This document shows, one piece after another, positions 10,389 through 19,765 of a stretch of 20,000 nt of DNA. The stretch's first letter is position 1. Every line of letters starts with the position of its first letter. Both the position numbers and the translations under genes were made by a program. Below the pieces are notes generated by a model. The model did not search any database and was not told where the DNA came from. It saw only the letters and a program-made list of their open reading frames with translations. The DNA is from Plasmodiophora brassicae (Eukaryota): positions 1,287,725-1,307,724 of the forward strand of contig CP145418.1 of assembly GCA_036867785.1 (NCBI GenBank). Direction: 5' to 3'.

Positions 10389-11432
10389 TTATTGCCTTCG
10401 CAGTGCGAAGCACCTGTAGAACAGGAGTCGGTAGACCCGCTTGCTGAGCAAGTCGGCGACGTGCGCGTCGGAATACCCTTGCACGCGACTGGTGTCGCAG
10501 AACGCCCAGCCACCACGTGCCTGCTTCACCCAGGACACGTAATGGCCTTCGTCGTGTCCAGCGACGTGGGCATTACCCCAGTGGTCGACAAGGCCGACCA
10601 ACTGGAAATACGCATCTCCAACTTGGAAGACCGCCTGTGGCACCACATCCTGCTCAAAGAAGAAATCAGATATGCCCAGGTTTCCATCCATCATCGTTGT
10701 CGGGCCGGCACGTACCACCGCTGTCTTGCGCCGCGCCATACTGATGGTCTGACCATCGAGACCTGGCTCCTGGACGATTTCGATGGGATCCTGCCGCACC
10801 AGCATCACTTGGCCTTCCTCGACCTTGCCCTTCAACTGACGAACCGTCGTGCTTCGGTGCTCCACGTCCTGCCCGCGATTGCACGGCCGTTCAGCAGTGC
10901 ACCTCCTGGCGATCGTCGTAGTGTGCTCTAGGAGTAACGCGTCGGCGAGGGACGTTCGGCCGTGCGAACCACCCAGCATAACAACCGGGAGCTCGCAGGG
11001 CGGACGCCTAGTGACATGGCCGCAGGTCTTGCACGCGTCGACGACATGCTCGACAAAGCCAATGATCGCTCTTTCGATCGGATGACCTAGGGCCCCGACA
11101 ACCTCGTACGCCTGCATCTGCTGCAGCAGCTCCAGCGCGAAGTCGTCGGCATCGTGCTGTTGCCCGGGATCGAACGACCTCGTCGCCCGGTCAGCGTCGC
11201 TGATGGCCTTGATGAGGTCAACCAGGATGTCGGACGCCGCGTTCAGATCCAGACGAGGGTTCATGACCTTATTGTACAGGTCAATCCAGGGCGCGGGGCC
11301 GGAGACACGTTCCCAGCCCGGCAATGACCGCAAGATCTGCACCGGTGCAATCGCGTAGCAAATAGATCGGCAAACGCCTGCCGCATCATTGTTCGATATG
11401 CCCGCTGGCAGTAACGACCCAGCGTCACGCTC
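10389..11432 (-). CDS. Terminal exon encoding a ubiquitin-specific protease (USP/UCH, peptidase C19) domain
   Basis: The frame is open from the tttag acceptor at 11433. Cys box: PAGISNNDAAGVCRSICYAIAPVQILRSLP, with the catalytic Cys codon at 11360-11358, upstream of the ORF-track start. Also present: QQHDADDF box, CKTC...C-x-C zinc ligands, His box YFQLVGLVDHWG..GHYVSWVK..WAFCDTSRV, and terminal YRLLFYR. Confidence 0.9.
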   Translation of the reverse strand, partial: ERDAGSLLPAGISNNDAAGVCRSICYAIAPVQILRSLPGWERVSGPAPWIDLYNKVMNPRLDLNAASDILVDLIKAISDADRATRSFDPGQQHDADDFALELLQQMQAYEVVGALGHPIERAIIGFVEHVVDACKTCGHVTRRPPCELPVVMLGGSHGRTSLADALLLEHTTTIARRCTAERPCNRGQDVEHRSTTVRQLKGKVEEGQVMLVRQDPIEIVQEPGLDGQTISMARRKTAVVRAGPTTMMDGNLGISDFFFEQDVVPQAVFQVGDAYFQLVGLVDHWGNAHVAGHDEGHYVSWVKQARGGWAFCDTSRVQGYSDAHVADLLSKRVYRLLFYRCFALRRQ

Positions 11433-14400
11433 CTAAATGTCAATTTCAGCGCCGACTATGACAATTATGCAGTATACCACACCTGTGAAGGACTTTGTTC
11501 TTCTTTCACCGGTTCGCGGTTGACGCCTTGGGCGGGCCGGCTCGCACGTCCGCCAGGTGTACGTTCGGGTGCCTATGGTCAATGCGAGCGTGTTAGATGT
11601 TATCTTCGCCTGAGTACCGGCGATGTCAGTTTCGAACCAGTTTTGGCGCTGTGAAACGGCGGTTCGCATGTCCAGTCTGTGCCTACAGCAGGCGGACGGT
11701 CAGTAACGCAGTCGAGGCGGGGTACAAGGAATGCCAACCGAAGCAGGCGGCATGGTGCGCGTGTTAGGAGGGTCCTTGATCACAGTCGTCGACGTAACCG
11801 GCAGAGGCCTCTGCAACGTTCCGCCAGTTCAGTCTACATCCCGCTGGCATCACAATATAGCAACTGACCACAGGGCGTGTCGTCGTGCCACACAACTTTC
11901 GGCGCTTCGCACCCTGATGGCTTCGTTTCTTCTGTGGCACACATCCATCGTCAGTCTGCAAACGGCGTCCAACGCTGTCAACCTGGCTTTCGCGCGACGT
12001 CGACTGGCACAGCTCGCTGGTGTCCCTTGACGAGTCATCGCTGTCGTCTTCCGAGCTGGACATCGAGAGGGCGTCTGCAGCGGCCTGTTGGGAACGCAGT
12101 CAGTACAGTAATCCGTGATCAGCAAAGCAGCCAGCGACGAACGATTCGCCTGCGTTTGACTGCTGCGCGGCTCTGCAGGGTAACGGCGCGTCGACTGCTC
12201 CTCGTTCGACGCGTAGGTCCATCGCCGTCGGCAGCAGCGTCGTCGTCAACGGCCTCGTCAGCCTGGTCGGCTCGGTTCCCCCGGCGCTGGCGAATGGCGG
12301 CGACGTACGCGCCCACCATATCGTCGACGATGCCGCGAAACCTCGACGACGTCGCCTCTGCCATCGGCCTTGGTCGTGAGTCCAGGATCACCAGCTCGAA
12401 GGCGTTGACGAAATAGGCATGTGCGTGCCTCGAGCTCAGGCCGATCTCGACGAGCGTGCGCCCCACAGCGCCGATCAGCGCGAGAGCGTGCTTGTAGGGG
12501 CGCCAATCGATGCGTGCAGCGCCGAACATCTCCAGTAAGTCGTCGACGACGAGGACATGCTCAGCGGGGTCACGAACGGCGTCGTTTCGACCGGCGCCGA
12601 CATACGTCAGCACGCCGGGGCCCAGCGCGCGTGCGTGATACACGAGAATCAGGATTTTTTCCGCCGTCGACCAAGTCGACAGGTCGACGGGAGACGGCCA
12701 CCTGTCCTTGACGCCCTTGACAGCGGCGTGCACCTGCGTCGACATTGTCCTGTGGCCCTTGGACAAATGCACGACCGCGTCGACGCCCGCTGCCTGGACT
12801 AGCAGGCCGTTGTGCGGGTCGGCCAGGAACGAGCCCCAGTCGATCTTGGTGCAGGCGCCCCGCGCGTCCGGCGACGAGTGCAGGACGCCCTGGATGAGGG
12901 CCAGCGCCTCCCATAGCCAGTGCCGCTTCTTGCTCCCCTGGTTTGCCGACGGGAGGGGTACGTCGCGCCAACTCTTGCACGCATCAAACAGCGTGACTGA
13001 CCGTGGTGCCAGCGGCAACGTGCTCAGAGTCATCGGGTCAGACGACGCTGGCAGACGCACCACAGCCGATCGATCATGCAATGGCGGGACAATCATGACG
13101 ACGTGCGCCAATACGGCCAGAAAACGCGACGACGGCGCCCAGCGTCCATCGGGGCGAGCACGCATCGCTCGACGCTGAGCGACGGTCTTGGTCGCAGACC
13201 CCATCAGATCGGACACATACTCATCGGTGATTTCGTCAGGAGGCGGGTCGACCAGGGCGACGAACGGATGGATGACGCGTCCCGACCAGCGGAGCAACAG
13301 CGTCACGTGGATGCCATCACGTCCCTGACGGTCCCTGGTTCTCTTGACGCGCTCCACCAACGCTTTCGTCACGTTGTAATCGTCGTATCGTGATTCGGGT
13401 ATGATGGACATCACGTCGCGCCACAGGGCCCGGTGTGGCAACCGTTCGACGCCCGGCGACATCCAATTCGTTGCGATCCAGTTGGAAAAACTAACGGTTG
13501 GCAGCGACGACAGCGACGGATCGAGCGTCGATCCACGCCTGCCCAGGCGGTACAGGGCGTCCAGCGACCGCATGAAACCCGCGAACAGGTAATCGTGCTC
13601 CTGGTCCAGGTCCGGTCGATCCAGAGCATGCCATACCCCGGGCGCCAAAATCTTCCTCTTCGCCAACTGATCGTACGTATACGCAGCTTCAGTCTGCAGA
13701 AGGTTCAGAGCAATGGCGTCCGGCGTCAGCATTGAGCTCAGCCCTGATGAGATGACCAGGAACCACGACTGGACCAGGTAGTGGAGCGCATGCCGGTTTC
13801 CTCTGACGGAGATCCGCAGGACTGTCGACATCATGTCGACGTAGTCGAGGCTCTGAATGAAATTCATAAACTCGCCCTTGTTGATGACCAGGGCAAGCGG
13901 ATCCATGTACGTGTCGTCGACGAAGAAGCGGCCAAACTGCAGAGACGAAGACACGTAGTCGAGAGGCGACCCGTTCGACAGCCACGGCCCGACATTGCTG
14001 TCCGGCGTGGCCCGGTGGTAGAACCGACCTGGGTTGATGGACGAGCCGTCAAAAACCGCATTGAAACAGTCTTCGAAGATCTGCAGCGCGTTCAGCGACC
14101 GCCGATCGATGTTGGACACGAAAGGAGACCGGCGACCGCGCTCCAGCCGGCGAAACATCGCGCGGTACATCTTGCGAGGGAACACGACATACTGCTCTAG
14201 TTTCCGCCGGAGATGTGCCCAGACGGCTTCCGCGTCCAGCAGCAGGAACGTGGCATCGTCGTTGAACCCATCGGCCTCCTGCCACATGCTGTTGAAGCAC
14301 GCATGGCGCATGGTCAGGTTAGCGACGTACTCAACGCGGTGCACGACAGGAACGCGTTCGGCGGCCATCTGGCGACAGAATCGGATACGCTTCCGCATCG

Positions 14401-16076
14401 CGTCCCTCACCGGATTCAACGCCCGCTTTACGTCTTCCTTCTTGACCGGGCCGTACTTCCTAAGCGCGGCGGGCAACCCAGCGATCGACTTCCGGACCTT
14501 GCCCTTCTCGAACGTAGCGCGGACGGCCGCGTTCAGGGTACCGATGTGGGCAAAGCGGACGGGGTCCACCAGAACGCGCCCACGATCCCGCGTGCGCTGC
14601 GACACGGTCGCGTTGTAGCACGAGCGCGCGGATGCCATAACGGAACTGCAACGTGACTTGCATCCACCGAACCCGGCGACCTCCCCGACCGGATAGTACG
14701 AGCTCTTGCGTGGCGCGATGCCACAGCCGACGTCCAGATCTCGCAGCGCTGAGTAGTCGCGGCAGACGGCAACGGCTGTGTTGTCGGGGAAGGGTTCGGC
14801 CGACACGTTGGACCCGATGTCGAAGCGCGCGCAGTCCATTAACGTTGACGGCCAGAACGTTCGCAAGTAGCGGCGCACCTCGAGAACGTCGGCGACACAC
14901 GTCATTTTCATCAACGAGCGCACACCTAGCGCTTGCATCAACACCATGATGGAGCCGTCAAGCTCATCCTCAAGAGCCTCCAGGACAGCGCGGGCGGACG
15001 AAGGTGGCATAACCACGGGGCGGCGGTGGGCCCCAAACTGGTTAAGGTAGTCGTTGATCTCGTCCGGCAGATCTGCTTGGCAGGCACTGAACGCAGCGGA
15101 AACCGCCCTGGAGCAGTGCTGCTTGAGGGAACGATGCGTCCAACGGGGTGCGGCAGCGATTAAGAAGATCGAGACATTTGCCATGGGATGGCAGGCAGTC
15201 AACCTGACCCAACAGGAATCGCGGCAACTGCGCCACTGACCGCGACGCCTTCTCGTCGTCTCGCTGCACACGCAGATCGTGTACCGAGCTTCCCGTATCC
15301 GACTGACGTGCACGGTAGTTCCCGTACCTCTGCATCATGTGCAGGAAGGCAAACGATTTGGCTTCGTGCACAGGAAAGTGCTGCAGCCAGGTCCCGATCG
15401 AAGTCGTGATTGCTTGCAAAGAGTCGACGTCAAACACCGGCCGCAATCGCGGGCGACCCCCGTGAGCGTCTGAGGCGCGACGCGCCTCATCCGCCAGATC
15501 GAAGCGGAACCGGCCGCAGAAGGCCTCTTTCCTGGGGGATCCGAAGACATCCCAGAAGCGTTCGCCGGCGAATTCGTCGAGGTGTATGACCTCAAACGTG
15601 GACAGATCCATTGCTGGTGCACTAGCACAGGGCGGCGTCGACTGGCGGACGAGGTGGTCTACGGAGGGGTCGATGCGTTCGTCATCGCTTCCGTCGACAT
15701 TGCTGGGGTCAGGGACGTCGCCGTCATCCATCGAATACGAAGAGTCAGAATCAGTTTCGACGTCGTCCCCGATTGCGTCGCCTGGGTCAGGGTCATCGCA
15801 CTCGGAGTCTCCCACCGGATCCTCGCAATCATCACCGACTTCGTCACGCTCAGCGGCTTCGTGTGCATCCCTGATACGCTCCAGGTATTCTATTGTGCGG
15901 TCGTCCTCGTCCCCGTGTTCGACTGGATCTTTGTGCCCGGTGCACTCCTGCTTAGGCTGGCCATGTCCGTCGCAGACCATTATCATCGGGGCCGGCGCCC
16001 TTTCACAACTGACACGTACCGCTGACGACGGCAGTACTTCGAGCCAGAGCATCGGCGAGCTGTTCCGCAGGTGCAT
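10389..16076 (-). CDS. Large spliced gene (~1,750 aa): acidic N-terminus, >1,000-aa unidentified region, low-complexity linker, C-terminal USP (C19) domain
   Basis: Proposed exons: 16076-16020, 15956-15328, 15263-12143, 12084-11869, 11810-11739, 11682-11638, 11572-11483 and 11432-10389. The five 3' introns (58, 58, 56, 65 and 50 nt) are all GT-AG and phase 0, and give a stop-free frame. Two of them carry TACTGAC branch motifs. The start codon and the two 5' introns (16019-15957 and 15327-15264) are less certain. Confidence 0.72.
11433..12142 (-). other. Cluster of five spliceosomal introns: 12142-12085, 11868-11811, 11738-11683, 11637-11573, 11482-11433
   Basis: Donors are gttcgt, gtcagt, gttggc, gttcga and gtgtgg. 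Acceptors are aacag, tgcag, tgtag, catag and tttag. The intervening exons are 216, 72, 45 and 90 nt, all multiples of 3 and stop-free. Confidence 0.75.
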
Positions 16077-17272
16077 CAGGGGTAGCGCTATTGTAGACAG
16101 TACCGCCAAAGCTGCCACTCGTTTGACCGGCAACGAGTCGTCGCCCCTTCCTAACCGCTACATTACAAGGGGTTGTTTGCGAGTTTGGGCCACCGTCAGC
16201 TGAGCACAACGGTACCGTTGGAAATAGCAGGAAAAATCAGAGGCAGCTGGGCTGTTTTATTTGGCATATGTGCCACCGATCTTCTCCTATCGCCGAGAAT
16301 GTAGTGCCGCTTGGGCAGATTTGCTGATTTCACTAAGTCAGAACTGAACTCCGTGGGAGTGCGCAAAATGCCGCGTGTGGACTGTTTTGGCACTGCTTGC
16401 GAATCATGGATGGCATCGCCTGGCGTCTCGTTCTCTAGCAAACCTGCGCCCTGATGATCAACCATGGCTAGACCGCCCGCTTCACCCCTTCCTCATTTCC
16501 AGTCAGGGTCTGGGCACGATGCGACGGCGCCGGCAGCACTTCGTTTAGCCGGCGTGCCTCATGGCGAAGGTCCCTGACAGGTGTCCCGCGTTTCCGTTTG
16601 TACAACCTCCACGTCTGGCGTGCGTGCGGGCGTCGTCATGCATTGCGTCGGTTTACGACGCTGTCCTTATTTACCCGCTCGGCATTCGGCGTCCAGGTGT
16701 TCATGTCATCCGTGCCCAGTGACCCGCCTGCTCTGCTGATGATTAGGCCCTGAACCTGCACAACCGCACCCACCCGATCGGCCTCGTTTCCTAAGATGTA
16801 CCTTCTTATGGCCGTGCCGGTTACCATACACTGTTACCCAGGCGACGCTGATTCAGCTTGTCCAGGCATGCGTGCTGTTCATCCTGTGATTTCTATGTTG
16901 CCTTTGCATCGTCAGTGCCCTCTGATCGCACTGGAGTTCCCGTGCAGCGACACAACGTTTGGGAGTTGGAGTCGACTAATCAGATTGCGACATTTCTGAA
17001 ACATGCATTGCTCGCAATAGGGGACAACGAATAGGAATGTCGAGCCAGGCCTGGACGGGAAAGTTCAGAAGCGATCCGGTGAGCATGGCTGCATTGGCGT
17101 TCGCGTAGTACATGGACATATCGCCAGTGGCACGTCGCGCACATCATCGCATGCGCAGGCACCCACGAGTGAGGTCAGAGCAGAAAATCGACGTGCTCAG
17201 AATGCCGACGAATACCCCAACTCGATAACGCAGATCGTATCGCTACGTTTCGCGCTGGCCGGTGTAGGGGGC

Positions 17273-17311
17273 CTGAGACGGGATCGGTCAGTGAAGAACG
17301 ATGAAACGTAC
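17273..17311 (-). other. Candidate 39-nt intron
   Basis: gtacgt...cactgac...ctcag has a canonical donor, branch motif and acceptor. It is very short and its host gene is not resolved. Confidence 0.4.
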
Positions 17312-17435
17312 CAGGTCACTCAACCGGGTAACTGTGCGGCGCGATATCTACCGAGAACGGCTCTTTTGACAATGTTCAGTTGGGGGCTGGATCTGATAGC
17401 ATATCGCCTGGCCTATCAGTTCGTATGGTTGCGTA

Positions 17436-19765
17436 TCGATTCGAGACGCGGCTGTTGACAGTTGGTCGGCGGCGGTGACGGCGTCCGCTGAGAACTGCTG
17501 TGCATCTGCGTGCTGTTCGCCTTCGGGAAATTCCATATTGCTCTGAAACCAGGAGCATCGGACAGCAATTTCCAACGCCCTTTCAGTACGTGTGCCGGTT
17601 GCCTGTCGATTCGAGACGCGGCTGTTGACAGTTGGTCGGCGGCGGTGACGGCGTCCGCTGAGAACTGCTGTGCATCTGCGTGCTGTTCGCCTTCGGAAAA
17701 TTCCATATTGCTCTGAAACCAGGAGCATCGGACAGCATTTCCAACGCCCTTTCAGTACGTGTGCCGGTTGCCTGTCGATTCGAGACGCGGCTGTTGACAG
17801 TTGGTCGGCGGCGGTGACGGCGTCCGCTGAGAACTGCTGTGCATCTGCGTGCTGTTCGCCTTCGGGAAATTCCATATTGCACTGAAACCAGGAGCATCGG
17901 ACAGCATTTCCAACGCCCTTTCAGTACGTGTGCCGGTTGCCTGTCGATTCGAGACGCGGCTGTTGACAGTTGGTCGGCGGCGGTGACGGCGTCCGCTGAG
18001 AACTGCTGTGCATCTGCGTGCTGTTCGCCTTCGGGAAATTCCATATTGCTCTGAAACCAGGAGCATCGGACAGCATTTCCAACGCCCTTTCAGTACGTGT
18101 GCCGGTTGCCTGTCGATTCGAGACGCGGCTGTTGACAGTTGGTCGGCGGCGGTGACGGCGTCCGCTGAGAACTGCTGTGCATCTGCGTGCTGTTCGCCTT
18201 CGGGAAATTCCATATTGCTCTGAAACCAGGTGCACCTGATAGCATTTCTCCTGACCTTTCAGTACGTGTGCCGGTTGCCTGTCGATTCGAGACGCGGCTG
18301 TTGACAGTTGGTCGGCGGCGGTGACGGCGTCCGCTGAGAACTGCTGTGCATCTGCGTGCTGTTCGCCTTCGGGAAATTCCATATTGCTCTGAAACCAGGT
18401 GCACCTGATAGCATTTCTCCTGACCTTTCCGTACGTGTGCCGGTTGCCTGTCGATTCGAGACGCGGCTGTTGACAGTGTTGGTCGGCGGCGGTGACGGCG
18501 TCCGCTGAGAACTGCTGTGCATCTGCGTGCTGTTCGCCTTCGGGAAATTCCATATTGCTCTGAAACCAGGAGCATCGGACAGCATTTCCAACGCCCTTTC
18601 AGTACGTGTGCCGGTCGCCTGTCGATTCGAGACGCGGCTGTTGACAGTTGGTCGGCGGCGGTGACGGCGTCCGCTGAGAACTGCTGTGCATCTGCGTGCT
18701 GTTCGCCTTCGGGAAATTCCATATTGCTCTGAAACCAGGAGCATCGGACAGCATTTCCAACGCCCTTTCAGTACGTGTGCCGGTCGCCTGTCGATTCGAG
18801 ACGCGGCTGTTGACAGTTGGTCGGCGGCGGTGACGGCGTCCGCTGAGAACTGCTGTGCATCTGCGTGCTGTTCGCCTTCGGGAAATTCCATATTGCTCTG
18901 AAACCAGGAGCATCGGACAGCATTTCCAACGCCCTTTCAGTACGTGTGCCGGTTGACTGTCGATTCGAGACGCGGCTGTTGACAGTTGGTCGGCGGCGGT
19001 GACGGCGTCCGCTGAGAACTGCTGTGCATCTGCGTGCTGTTCGCCTTCGGGAAATTCCATATTGCTCTGAAACCAGGAGCATCGGACAGCATTTCCAACG
19101 CCCTTTCAGTACGTGTGCCGGTTGCCTGTCGATTCGAGACGCGGCTGTTGACAGTTGGTCGGCGGCGGTGACGGCGTCCGCTGAGAACTGCTGTGCATCT
19201 GCGTGCTGTTCGCCTTCGGGAAATTCCATATTGCTCTGAAACCAGGAGCATCGGACAGCATTTCCAACGCCCTTTCAGTACGTGTGCCGGTCGCCTGTCG
19301 ATTCGAGACGCGGCTGTTGACAGTTGGTCGGCGGCGGTGACGGCGTCCGCTGAGAACTGCTGTGCATCTGCGTGCTGTTCGCCTTCGGGAAATTCCATAT
19401 TGCTCTGAAACCAGGAGCATCGGACAGCATTTCCAACGCCCTTTCAGTACGTGTGCCGGTTGACTGTCGATTCGAGACGCGGCTGTTGACAGTTGGTCGG
19501 CGGCGGTGACGGCGTCCGCTGAGAACTGCTGTGCATCTGCGTGCTGTTCGCCTTCGGGAAATTCCATATTGCTCTGAAACCAGGAGCATCGGACAGCATT
19601 TCCAACGCCCTTTCAGTACGTGTGCCGGTTGCCTGTCGATTCGAGACGCGGCTGTTGACAGTTGGTCGGCGGCGGTGACGGCGTCCGCTGAGAACTGCTG
19701 TGCATCTGCGTGCTGTTCGCCTTCGGGAAATTCCATATTGCTCTGAAACCAGGAGCATCGGACAG
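17436..19765. repeat. Subtelomeric 169-bp tandem satellite, 13 full units plus one 130-bp partial unit
   Basis: Unit starts (tcgattcgag) are at 17436, 17606, 17775, 17944, 18113, 18282, 18451, 18622, 18791, 18960, 19129, 19298, 19467 and 19636. Units are near-identical. A degenerate extension runs back to ~17392. Confidence 0.98.

Noticed and set aside
16077-16133. Signal-peptide-like leader PVKRVAALAVLSTIALP on the large gene
   Set aside because: It depends on a TTG start. The first in-frame ATG (16076) is downstream of it.
8200-16600. Terminal inverted repeats, LTRs, or reverse transcriptase / tyrosine recombinase motifs bounding an element
   Set aside because: None found by eye, so no mobile_element feature is annotated.
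17348-19758. The 153-210 aa and 71 aa ORFs inside the satellite as genes
   Set aside because: 169 is not a multiple of 3, so these ORFs just cycle through the frames of the repeat. They are artefacts unless spliced.
17436-19765. CRISPR array
   Set aside because: The units are contiguous 169-bp near-identical repeats with no unique spacers. There are no cas genes and the context is a eukaryotic telomere.
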